Shown here one piece after another: positions 11,989 to 22,557 of a DNA stretch of 64,000 nucleotides. Every line of letters begins with the position of its first letter. The stretch's first letter is position 1. Made by a program: the position numbers and the translations under genes. The stretch is from Azolla caroliniana (Eukaryota; Plantae; Polypodiophyta), in contig JBHGNT010000015.1 in assembly GCA_043228905.1 (NCBI GenBank), forward strand, positions 4,526,001 to 4,590,000, given 5' to 3'. The notes under the pieces were generated by a model. That model made no database searches and had not been told where the DNA came from. It saw only the letters and a list, made by a program, of their open reading frames with translations.

Positions 11989-14900
11989 TGTCGAATACAT
12001 GTGTATAATGGACGTATTCACACCATCCCGTCTCGGCCATTTATGTAATTAGCATAAAGGGTAGTTGCCCTAAGTCGGTCACTATATATAGTGACCTTGT
12101 AACCTCTTTGTGTGGTTGGTTGTTGTATTCTTTGTTTATGCAATAAAGAGTTTTTTGTGTCTCTCTCTCTCCCTCTCTCTCTCTCTCTCTGTGCAACGAC
12201 ATACAAACAGTCATACGCAGGTATTCAGAACAGAAACGAATGCTACTTGATCTTCCGCAAAGACGACCTCGCTTCCAACATCTGGTATCAGAGCCTGCAC
12301 AGTAGTCGGTCCTTCAATCCGCTGTCGGCCGTCGTCTCAGCATTCGGTTTCCTGCGTCATTCGAAGAAGAGAGAAGAAGAAGAGAAACGAGGTTTGCACC
12401 TCATTGCGTTAGATCCTCTTGCTTGGAGTAAGCCCACAGGTTGTACTCCGTTCCGTGTGATCGTAACCGCTCGAGGTGAAATCCCCTTGTGCAACTTTGA
12501 CACGATCGTGCTCCATTCGGTTAAACGGCATTCGAGGAGGTCATCAAACGCCGCTCGTTGTAACCACTCGGTGCAGATCGGTCTCAAGACAACAACCCTA
12601 AATTCGTGCTTCATCCGGCTGATCGACATTTGAGAGGATCAGTTGGATCTGTCTCTCTCGTCGCTGCAGTCAACCGAAGCAGAATCGGTCCAGATAATCG
12701 GTTTCAATAATCGGTATTCGGCACATATATCCGAAGCGAACCGGGCTCACTCCGACTCGGCAACATTCGGGAAGACCAGTCGGCTCTGTCCCTCAAGTTA
12801 CCGGAGTCAATTCGAGCAAGTTCCGAAGCCGAACCGACTCGGGTTCAAATCCGACTAGAACGATATCGGGTGAGCCAACCGGCTGCACTCCAACAAGGTT
12901 CACAGTCAACTCTGAACCGAGCTTCGTCAACCGAAACCGAATTTGATGGCATCAACATCAGGCTCGTCAGAAATGAGTCTACGAAAGTTCGATGGATCGA
13001 ACTTCAACTTCTGGAAGGAACAAATGCAGGACTATCTCATAGTCAAGGGGCAAATCGACCCCATCGAACATGAAGAACCTCCAGAAGGATACAAACCAAT
13101 TGAGTGGCAGAAGCTGGACAGAATCGTCCGCGCCACGATTCGGATGCACCTATCGGAATCGGTATACTTCACGGTGCAATCGTGTACGACAGCATTCGAA
13201 CTGTGGAAAACACTGTCGGACACTTACGAAAAGAAGGTCGCCGCAACGAAGATGTTTCTGATCCGGCGCCTCTACAACTTGCGGATGAAAGAATCCGACT
13301 CGGTCCAAGCACACCTCAATGAGTACGAAAGCATAAGCTCCCAAATCTCGTCACAGGGGACGGCAATCGAGGATGAACTCAGAGCAATGATACTCATGAG
13401 CAGCCTTCCCCCATCATGGGAAACTTTCGTCACAACCGTGTGCAACGCGTCAACCACGGCTGTTAAATACTCCGAAGTCACGAGCGCAATCCTGACCGAA
13501 GCAGCTCGGAGAAAGTCTTTCGCCAAAGACTCAACAGACGACGCTTACGTAGTACAAGGTTCGACAGACCGATCGAACATACGAGGAAGAGATTCCTCAC
13601 GACCGCCGAACAATCAGCGAAGACGGAGCCAGTCACGGGATAACCGAATCTGCAACTACTGCAAGAAACCCGGACACATCAAAGCCGACTGCCGCGCACT
13701 CAAGAACAAGAACAACAAGAAGAGTGGCCGGCATGAGGAGATCAACTACGTCAGCTTCTCAGCTGATGTGCTACCAGAAGACCCGAACATACTATCAATC
13801 GAAAATCCAGTTGGCTCAGAAGTTCTGCTCACGACTGAAGAATCGAGCACATGGCTCTTGGATTCGGGCGCGTCATTTCACGTGACTCCTCATCGATCCC
13901 AATTTCGGCAATATACGATCCGTCACTCCGACTCAGTTCGGGTCGGCAACTCACAACACTGTGACATCATCGGAATCGGCACAGTAGAGCTCAACCTTGC
14001 AGGTGGCTCTACACTTGTACTCCACAATGTCCGACATGTACCCGAGCTCTCAAGGCCATTGATCTCAGTCGGACAACTAGATGAAGACGGCATTCGTGCC
14101 GGTTTCTCTTCGGGAGGGTGGACACTCCACAGGGGGAACCTCCTGCTTGCTAGAGGACCCAAGATACACTCACTGTATCCGTTACATGTTACGCTCAGAG
14201 AGGGTAACCTGTTTTTGGTGGATATTCCTGTGTCATCACTATGGCACCGACGATTGGGACACCTCAGCAAGGCCGGCATCACGCATCTATCTAGAGCCGG
14301 ATACATCCCCAAACTCTCCTTCTCCGACCATCAATTCTGCGAGCATTGCCAGTATGGCAAACAAGCCGCCGCATCACACCCGACATCAGCACCAAGAGAA
14401 ACGAGACCTCTCGATTTGGTCCACTCGGACGTCTGCGGCCCAATGCCGCATCAGTCTCTAGGCGGTGCATCTTACTTCGTCACTTTCATTGACGACTCGA
14501 CTCGAAAGGTGTGGGCGTATCCAATTCGCACCAAAGATCGTGTCTTCTCGATCTTCTCAGATTGGCTCGCTATGGTGGAAAATCAAACCGACCGAAAGCT
14601 GAAATGCCTTCGGACAGACAATGGGGGAGAGTTCAAATCCGATGAATTCGTCAAATTCTGCCGACAACGCGGCATCCGACGTGAATTTACGGCACCACAC
14701 AGTCCGGAGCAAAACGGGATTGCCGAACGCATGAATCGGACAATCCAAGAAAGGATAGTTTCCATGCTCCAACACTCCGGACTGTCGGATGGCTTCTGGG
14801 CAGAGGCTCTACTCACGGCAGTCCACATAATCAATATGTCGCCAAGTAGACCTCTAGGACTTCAAATTCCTCAGGAACTATGGATCGGCAGTAAGCCGAA

Positions 14901-17443
14901 TTACGACAAGCTGAGGATCTTCGGATGTGAGGCGTACGCTCTTATTCCGAAAGATGATCGCCGAAAACTTGCACCTCGGTCCAGGAAATGCATTTTCCTT
15001 GGATATGGATCCGACGGCGAAATGGGATACCGACTCTGGGACCCCGAACGCAGACAAATCGTTCGAAGTTCGGACGTTGTGTTCAACGAGTCGGCTATGA
15101 ATCCATCAGTCGAAAAACCGATCGAAGTCCGAAGGGTAACATTCTCCGATGTGCCGACCCTTCAAGAAGGCCCCGCTCTCAACACACGGTCAGCTTCCCG
15201 GGTAGCTGAACCTTATACTACCGACTCGGACAACTCTGACTCGGCACAGCCGAATGATTCGGTTTCGGACCATCCGACCTCGATACCCGATGCGACTAGT
15301 CCAATCATACCTCGACGATCCGAGAGACTGTCGCAACCTCCGGAGAGGTATTCTCCTGGAATTTTCTTCACCGACGCCGGCGAACCGACGTCTTACGAAG
15401 AAGCATCGACATCTGTCGATTCCGCCACCTGGCATCTGGCGATGGAGTCGGAAATGCACTCCATTCGGGCAAACAAGACTTGGGATTTGGTCGAATTACC
15501 TAGGAACCGACGTGCTCTTCCTTGCAAGTGGGTTTATCGACTAAAAGAGACGTCTGATTCGACCACCCCAAAGTACAAGGCCAGACTAGTTGCGAAGGGC
15601 TTCCGACAAGAATATGGCGTCGACTTCGACGAGATTTTTTCACCAGTGGTGAAAATGACAACCCTTCGTTTTCTACTCGGCGTAGTGGCAGCCGACAACT
15701 TGGAGCTGATTCAGCTAGATGTCAAAACAGCATTCCTCCATGGTGATCTTGAGGAGGAAATTTATATGGAGCAGCCAAAAGGCTTCGTGGCAACCGGCCA
15801 AGAACATCTAGTCTGCCGACTCAGGAAGAGTCTATACGGCCTCAAACAGGCACCGCGACAATGGTACAAGAAGTTCGACGACTTCATCCAATCGATCGGC
15901 TTCTCAAAAAGCGATGAGGACCATTGTCTCTTCACCAACACAGCTCAAGATGGATCACCCATCTTCCTCATCATTTACGTGGACGACATGCTAATTTCTG
16001 GACGCCACGCGGGCGAACTTGCCGATCTCGTTCGGCAACTGCGGTTGAAGTTTGCCATGAAGGACCTCGGTCCGGCACGACACATCCTTGGCATGAAAAT
16101 TAGTCGGCATCGCGATAAACGACATCTTTTTTTGTCTCAGACCGACTATATCGGACGTGTCTTGGAACGCTTCAACATGCAATCAGCCAAATCTGCTTCA
16201 ACCCCGCTCCCCATGAATCTTCGGCTCTCTCAGCGAGACTGCCCGACATCCGGTTCGGAGGGGGAAGATATGAAGTCGGTACCGTATGCACCGGCAGTCG
16301 GCTCCCTTATGTACCTGATGGTCGCGACACGGCCTGATATTTCTCATGCAGTAGGAGTCGTTAGCAGATTTATGCACAACCCTGGCCGATCGCATTGGAA
16401 CGCAGTCAAGCATGTGTTCAGATATCTGGTTGGCACAAAAGACCATGGCATTCTTTTCGGACCGAACCGAACCTCAGGCGTAGTCGGTTACACCGACTCG
16501 GACTTCGCCGGCTGTATAGACAGTCGGAAATCAACAACCGGATACTGCTTCAAATTCGGCAATGGAGCAATCTCGTGGAAGTCGAAACTTCAGGAGTGCA
16601 CAGCGACCTCAACGACCGAAGCAGAATATGTAGCTGCGTCCGACGCGGCAAAAGAAGCTTTGTGGCTCGGTCGGCTGGCGCACACGTTTCGACAAGTCGA
16701 ACATGACTCGGCTCCAGTTGTCTACAGCGACAGTCAAGGTGCTGTTGCCTTGTCGAAAAATCCGGTTCACCACAACGCCTCCAAACATATCGACGTTCGA
16801 TATCACTTCGTTCGGGACTGCGTCATTTCAGGGAAAATCGGTCTAGAGAAAATATCTACAACCGATAATGTCGCAGATGGAATGACCAAATGTCTCTCGG
16901 CAGACCGTTTTCGGTCTCTTCGGCATCAGATGGGCGTAACGACAAACCAGTCCGGTTAGAGCCGGACACAGAGCAGGATGGTTCCGACAACCGACATCAG
17001 CTCCTTAATGATCGGCTTCAACTGTTCCGACCCGACCAGTTCGGTCTTCTGTCTTCGGATCCTGCCGACTCGAACAAAGCTGATATGTCCGAGAACCTAA
17101 GTCTATACCTGTAATCTTAGATAACCCATGTATACGCCCATTACGGGGGAGTGTCGAATACATGTGTATAATGGACGTATTCACACCATCCCGTCTCGGC
17201 CATTTATGTAATTAGCATAAAGGGTAGTTGCCCTAAGTCGGTCACTATATATAGTGACCTTGTAACCTCTTTGTGTGGTTGGTTGTTGTATTCTTTGTTT
17301 ATGCAATAAAGAGTTTTTTGTGTCTCTCTCTCTCCCTCTCTCTCTCTCTCTCTGTGCAACGACATACAAACAGTCATACGCAGGTATTCAGAACAGAAAC
17401 GAATGCTACTTGATCTTCCGCAAAGACGACCTCGCTTCCAACA
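11989..17443 (+). mobile_element. Intact Ty1/Copia element C (Tnt1/Tork-like)
   Basis: Two 292-bp LTRs (11989-12280, 17152-17443) identical by eye; TSD TCACG (11984-88, 17444-48); PBS-Met TGGTATCAGAGCC 12283-12295; PPT GGGGGAG 17145-17151; uninterrupted ORF. Confidence 0.98.
12946..16959 (+). CDS. Copia Gag-Pol polyprotein (gag, CCHC knuckle, protease, integrase, RT, RNase H), 1337 aa
   Basis: CNYCKKPGHIKADC; WLLDSGASFH; LWHRRLGH..CEHC; HSDVCG/TDNGGE/NGIAER; QLDVKTAFLHG, IYVDDML; YTDSDF, TEAEY, YSDSQ, NVADGMTK. First ATG at 12946. Confidence 0.97.
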   Translation: MASTSGSSEMSLRKFDGSNFNFWKEQMQDYLIVKGQIDPIEHEEPPEGYKPIEWQKLDRIVRATIRMHLSESVYFTVQSCTTAFELWKTLSDTYEKKVAATKMFLIRRLYNLRMKESDSVQAHLNEYESISSQISSQGTAIEDELRAMILMSSLPPSWETFVTTVCNASTTAVKYSEVTSAILTEAARRKSFAKDSTDDAYVVQGSTDRSNIRGRDSSRPPNNQRRRSQSRDNRICNYCKKPGHIKADCRALKNKNNKKSGRHEEINYVSFSADVLPEDPNILSIENPVGSEVLLTTEESSTWLLDSGASFHVTPHRSQFRQYTIRHSDSVRVGNSQHCDIIGIGTVELNLAGGSTLVLHNVRHVPELSRPLISVGQLDEDGIRAGFSSGGWTLHRGNLLLARGPKIHSLYPLHVTLREGNLFLVDIPVSSLWHRRLGHLSKAGITHLSRAGYIPKLSFSDHQFCEHCQYGKQAAASHPTSAPRETRPLDLVHSDVCGPMPHQSLGGASYFVTFIDDSTRKVWAYPIRTKDRVFSIFSDWLAMVENQTDRKLKCLRTDNGGEFKSDEFVKFCRQRGIRREFTAPHSPEQNGIAERMNRTIQERIVSMLQHSGLSDGFWAEALLTAVHIINMSPSRPLGLQIPQELWIGSKPNYDKLRIFGCEAYALIPKDDRRKLAPRSRKCIFLGYGSDGEMGYRLWDPERRQIVRSSDVVFNESAMNPSVEKPIEVRRVTFSDVPTLQEGPALNTRSASRVAEPYTTDSDNSDSAQPNDSVSDHPTSIPDATSPIIPRRSERLSQPPERYSPGIFFTDAGEPTSYEEASTSVDSATWHLAMESEMHSIRANKTWDLVELPRNRRALPCKWVYRLKETSDSTTPKYKARLVAKGFRQEYGVDFDEIFSPVVKMTTLRFLLGVVAADNLELIQLDVKTAFLHGDLEEEIYMEQPKGFVATGQEHLVCRLRKSLYGLKQAPRQWYKKFDDFIQSIGFSKSDEDHCLFTNTAQDGSPIFLIIYVDDMLISGRHAGELADLVRQLRLKFAMKDLGPARHILGMKISRHRDKRHLFLSQTDYIGRVLERFNMQSAKSASTPLPMNLRLSQRDCPTSGSEGEDMKSVPYAPAVGSLMYLMVATRPDISHAVGVVSRFMHNPGRSHWNAVKHVFRYLVGTKDHGILFGPNRTSGVVGYTDSDFAGCIDSRKSTTGYCFKFGNGAISWKSKLQECTATSTTEAEYVAASDAAKEALWLGRLAHTFRQVEHDSAPVVYSDSQGAVALSKNPVHHNASKHIDVRYHFVRDCVISGKIGLEKISTTDNVADGMTKCLSADRFRSLRHQMGVTTNQSG

Positions 17444-17923
17444 TCACGGAGTCGGGTGGGCTTAGTGGATTTTCTAAACCACACGCTTTGATACCATATT
17501 AAGAATTAGGTAATTAACTATGGGTTAATTAGTACCTAATTATGTGATTAGTTGATAAGCGGAAGATTAAGTGATATGTGTGTGTATGTGTGTGAGAGGA
17601 AGTTACACTTATGAACAACACAAGATGGGGGATGAGTAACTATATTAAATTAGCATTATCATCATCAAATACAAAAATACCCACAATGAGGTATATATAC
17701 ATTTCATGTGCAAGGGTGCACATGTGTGAGGATAATATAGGTACAAAAGTGTAAGTCCTATATTAAATGTACTTAGGAGTGGAGGATATAGAATATCCCA
17801 CTTAAGTACAAGGTCCTATTTAAGGTGTTATAGTCAACACTTCTAATTAGATTCTATCTAGGTAACTATGAAGTTACATGGTTGACTAACCAACTAAACT
17901 AAGTTGAGCTTGATCTCTCAACA

Positions 17924-20900
17924 TGGCCGATCGACAAGAATCATGGGTGGAAGATAAGAGCTGCCACAGAGACTATAGAGGATCTATTCAGAGCATGCCC
18001 CAATTTGAAGGTAACAATTGGTGATGTGTCGGTGAATCAAAATTTCTTTGTGCAGGATCGATCAACCTACCCCGTCATCCTTGGTCAGCCTTCCATCACC
18101 GCAGTTAGGATGGAAACAAAGGTGATTGATGATGGTTCGGCTTTTGCGAGAATCAAGAGTCAAGATGGAAGAAAGACGATCCAATTCTTAACCGTGAGGC
18201 CCAACCACGAAAGAAATAAAGAATGCTTGAGGGAACATCCAGTTCGGGAGGTGGATGAAGAATTTTCCCAAGATTTTTAAATAGGGCTTTTACAAGTAGG
18301 GGCTGTGATAGCCCATACATGAAAGAAAACCCCATAAATAATAATGTAAATAAAGATATTCCTTGTACAATCTCATATGGTGGTGCTACTTTTATGCTAA
18401 AAGTAGATAATAATAAAATACAAAATGCTTCCGAGTACTTTAAGTGTTCTGGATTAATAGATGATGATGAAGAAATTCAGGATATGTTTGAAGAATTAAG
18501 TTTTGAAGATACAATAACTCATCTGGAAGTAATGGAGGACGGCAAAAAAATCCAAGTTCTTGTCCATTCGATAAAGATGTACGAGGTCATTGAAGAAGTT
18601 TCTTGAAAAGATCATGAGGCACATGTCTTAACAAAGTACAAAATAGTGGAGAAGAAGGTTCGTCCTATTGCTGCTCCACTTCCAGGGGAGAGTGAAAGGG
18701 CAATCAAAGAAGTAGCCACAGAGCCAATGATTAGAGACCCACGAAACGTGGGACATGTGTTTACTCCAAAAACAATACAAGGGATGAAAATAAGAGGGGG
18801 TGACTTCCTATTACCAGTTGACGAAAAGCAATTCAGGGAAATGTTAAAAAGGCATGGAAAGACGTTCACATTCCAACCTGAGGAAATAGGGTGTGTGGCT
18901 CCAGGAATAGTAGAGCCCATGGTTATATTCACTATCCCTAATATTCCATGGATCTTTAAGCCAATACCCATGGCTAGGGCTAGCATCCCTCAACTATTAG
19001 AACTTCTGAAAGAAAAGATAAGGATGGGTATCTTGGAACCATTGAACACTCCTTACTGGAGTTGATGGTTCACTATGTTAAAGAAAGATGGTCGGCTCCG
19101 ATTTATCCAAGATATGCAACCCGTGAATAAGGTAACAATCTGAAACTTGGGAGTAGGGCCAATTGTGGATGAGTTTGCTAAGATGTTTGCAGGAAGAGCT
19201 ATATATTCAATGGGAGACCTTTATTCCGGGTATGATCAATTTCAACTTGCTATCAAAAGTCGAGATATTACTTCTATCAAGACACCTATAGGGTTAGTAC
19301 GAATGTGTACCTTGCCGCAAGGAGCGACCAACTCAGTGGCGCATATGATGAATGGAATGAACAAGGTACTTCGTGGTTTTATTCCTCATATTACAATGCT
19401 TTTTTTAGATGATGTTCCGATTAAGGGATGCAAGGAGGAAGAGAAGAATGAGGAATTGGACGAAGATGGTTGTTGACAATTCGTTGCCGACCATATCAAG
19501 GATTGTGAGAAGATACTATCAAGGATGGAAGAAGTGCATTTGACCTTATCAAGGGCGAAATCAATATTTGGGACAAAAGAGATATTAATAGTTGGTCATC
19601 TATGTGGCCCGTATGGTAGAAAGTCACCCCCCACCAAGGTTAATGCAATTCAAAACATGCAAGAGGAATGTGCATCCGTCTCAGAAGTATGAAGGTTTCT
19701 GGGGGTATGTGTTTTTTATTGTAGATGGATTCCGCATTATGCCCATTTATCTGAACCTTTATACAGGCTCCTAAGAAAAGGAGAAACATTTTAATGGAGT
19801 GAAGCGCTTTCAGAGGCAATGAGGAAATTTAAGTCTTACTTGGCACAAGCTCCACCATTAAAGCAACCTCACTACACCCAACCCATATATCTCACAGTAG
19901 ACTCCAGTCCCATTGGAATTGGATGGGTGATAAGCCAACAAGATGGGGAAGACATGTATCCAGTCCAATTCGAAGCAAAGGTTCTTAGTGGTCGACAAAG
20001 AAAATATGCTCAGGTCAAAAGAGAGCTATGGGGGGTAGTTACAACAGTTAAGATAGATAAACATTACTTAATTGGTGTTGAAGTAATAATATAAACAGAT
20101 TGTTTGCCTATTCTTGGTATCATAGCTAATTGTGATATTCCAGATCAAGCCATGTTAAGATGGTGTATCTATATTAGATCAGTCAACCTTGAAGTTAGAC
20201 ATGTCTCTAGGAATAGAAATGCAGTAGTAGATATGTTACCAAGAGCAAGGTATATAAGGAAGAGGAGATTCCAGACTCAGACGATGAGGACAAAGAACAA
20301 ACATTCTTCACCACAAGCATTACCCGAGAAGGAGGAATGCAGTTTCTAGAAGAGGAGTATGAAGTAGAATTCAAGGAAATAGGGAAGTATCTACAGACCT
20401 CTGACAAGTATAAAGATCGGTCTGGAAAAGAGTTCGCACAGTTTCGCAAGAAAGCCCATAAGTTCTTCCTACATGAAGGGTATCTATGGCGACATCCGAA
20501 AACCAAGACTGGAAACCCGCAAAGAGTTAGAGAGTTGCATGACAAAGAATGGGTTGGTCATCGAGGAGTGTGGGCCACTTTCAGTAAGATTAAAGAACGG
20601 TTTTGGTGGCCTCGATACTATGAGCAAATAAAAAAGTATGTGGAAACTTGTCCCACTTGTCAATATTATTCAAATGTAAAATTTTGTGACGAGTTACACC
20701 CAACATACTCACCGAGGTTGCATTACAAGTGGATGATAGATTTGGTAACAATGCCACTTGGAGTAGGACAAAAGAGATACTTGGTTCTTGCAAGAGAAGA
20801 TCTAACAAATCAAGTGGAAGGATGTGCACTACGAACAAACGGGACATTAGGAGTATGTCAATTCATCTTGGAGGACATTGTTTGTAGATATGGATGTATC

Positions 20901-21577
20901 GTGAAGATAATAGCAGATAGGGGAGAGCTCAATTTCTGCAAAATAGGGATTCAACTATCTTTGACAACGGCATACAATCCGGAAGATAATGGAAAGATAG
21001 AAAGGGGGCATGGGCCAATAGTCAAAGCTTTAGCAAAGGCATGTAAAGGACGGGTCAGTGATTGGCCAAAAGTCTTACCCTATGCACTATGGGCTGATAG
21101 GACAACTCATAGCACTGTTACTAGATATATGCTTGTAGAATTAATCATAGGACAGAAGCCGATAATGCCAATTGAAGAAAAGATAACTACATGGGTTGTC
21201 TTGCCTTGGGAATCAGAAATGAGTAGGGAAGATTTACTTGCTATTCGGATATGACAACTTCAATCCAGGACAGAAGACATAGAAAAAGTAGCTACTAGAT
21301 TGAAAAGGCAAGAATCAAGAATAAGGACAAATTTGACAAGATAAAAAGAATACGACCAAGGAAGGTGCAAGAGGGAGGCTGGGTATTAATATATGATTGT
21401 AGCCTAGATAATCAATACAGTACTATTCAGAAGTTCGCAAAAAGATGGTTTGAACCTTATGATGTTAGTAAAATAACAGATAAGGCCACATATTTCCTCA
21501 ATGAATTAGATGGGATAGAAATTCGTATCCCAATTGCAAGAAAAAGGATTAAATATTTAAAAGGAGGGAGTCGCTAG
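17924..21577 (+). pseudogene. Gypsy protease C-terminal half, RT, RNase H and integrase (disrupted)
   Basis: ORF fragments 18005-18280, 18319-18606, 18646-19065, 19147-19476, 19819-20094, 20337-21254 and 21365-21577 carry the motifs listed for the element. Confidence 0.9.
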
Positions 21578-21673
21578 AGCCCGAATTTTATGAAGAAGTA
21601 GAAGAACTAAAAGAATCGGAAGAAGTGTTGGATGAACTCTACACAACCAATGTGCAAGTTCAGAGGGGGTGGG

Positions 21674-22557
21674 TGTCGTGAGGAATGTGCTTCACGATAT
21701 AAAAATGAACTTAAATATTGTATTTAGTAGTATTTAAGAGACTTGAACCCACACCCTTATATACAAAGTACAATATACATACCCCTACGTTAGGCTATTT
21801 ATTTTTAAAGGTATTATAAAGAATATGCTTCATGATATAAGAATAAAGCTAAATGTTGTATAGAGTAAAAATGAGAGACTTGAACCCTCAAACTTGTATA
21901 CCAAGCACAAGGTATACACCACTAAGCTAAGTTATTTGATTTAAAAAATATATTTCCATCATTGTACTTATCCTATATCTATTTTCATACATGAGAGCTC
22001 AAATGAGCATGATGGCAATCATGCAACACATGTAATGCATGTACGCCAAATGGTGATCATGTATCACATGAAAGTCATGCATTGCATGCATGCCATCCTC
22101 CCACACATTACCATATGCATGACAATTCTTATATAAAGAGGGGCTAGGAAAACAAGAGGGTAATCAATCAAGAGAAAGTGAGAGAAATAATATGATCAAA
22201 GAAACAAATTAGCTCATTTGGGAAGAGGCTCGTGGTTTGAAGTTGGAGTCAATGGTTCAAATCTAGAATTCAGCAAAAAAAAAGTTGCATCTTGTGATTG
22301 ACATTGTAACTTTGGTAAAATATTGTGTTGTTAATATAAAGCTTGTTCTTACAATACATTTTCACTTCTTAAATCATACATTGTCTCTTATCTCTTATCT
22401 ATGCTCATCTATCTCTCGCATATTACTTTTAAGTCTTGTTCTTCCTATCCTTAATCTTTCTAACACTGTTGCACAAGCCTTATAAAATATATAGCCAACT
22501 TCGTTTAACCTTAGTCCCCGCGACTTCGCCGCATGAACCACAACTACCCTGACGACG
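21674..22557 (+). repeat. 3' LTR of the Gypsy element
   Basis: Starts TGTCGTGAGG right after the PPT; TATA-like tatataaag ~22130; ends cctgacgacg (8/10 inverted match to the start). Exact right end uncertain by a few bp. Confidence 0.7.

Larger units (their letters stand above)
1215..17923 (-). mobile_element. Ty1/Copia element A, non-autonomous (RT/RNase H deleted), carrying three nested insertions
   Basis: TSD TGGCC at 1210-1214 and 17924-17928. LTRs 17497-17923 and 1215-1622 plus 8005-8024 (split by B). PBS-Met TGGTATCAAAGC 17485-17496; PPT ~8025-8036. Gag (11442-11918), protease (WFIDSNASHHM) and integrase (TFIDDYSR, QQNGVAERKNR) fragments. Confidence 0.92.
451..22557 (+). mobile_element. 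Degenerate Ty3/Gypsy LTR retrotransposon (no chromodomain seen), 5' end outside window, split by Copia A
   Basis: Gag-like ORFs 460-1214. Aspartic protease (ALINHGSEIYMM...VILGQP) is split at TGGCC and resumes at 17924. RT (DLYSGYDQF, LPQGATNS, FLDD), RNase H (TVDSSPIGIG), integrase (HDKEWVGHRG..CPTC, WMIDL, IADRGE, KIERGH). Order PR-RT-RH-IN; PPT agagggggtggg 21662-21673; many stops and frameshifts. Confidence 0.9.

Noticed and set aside
12112-12858. Extra ORFs upstream of the Copia C polyprotein
   Set aside because: Span the LTR, PBS and leader, use non-ATG starts and show no recognisable domain.
21875-21935. Functional tRNA genes at the A/B-box cassettes (also 10641-10705, 40392-40457, 44270-44335)
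   Set aside because: No convincing acceptor stem or canonical anticodon arm could be folded by eye; treated as tRNA-derived promoter-like sequence.
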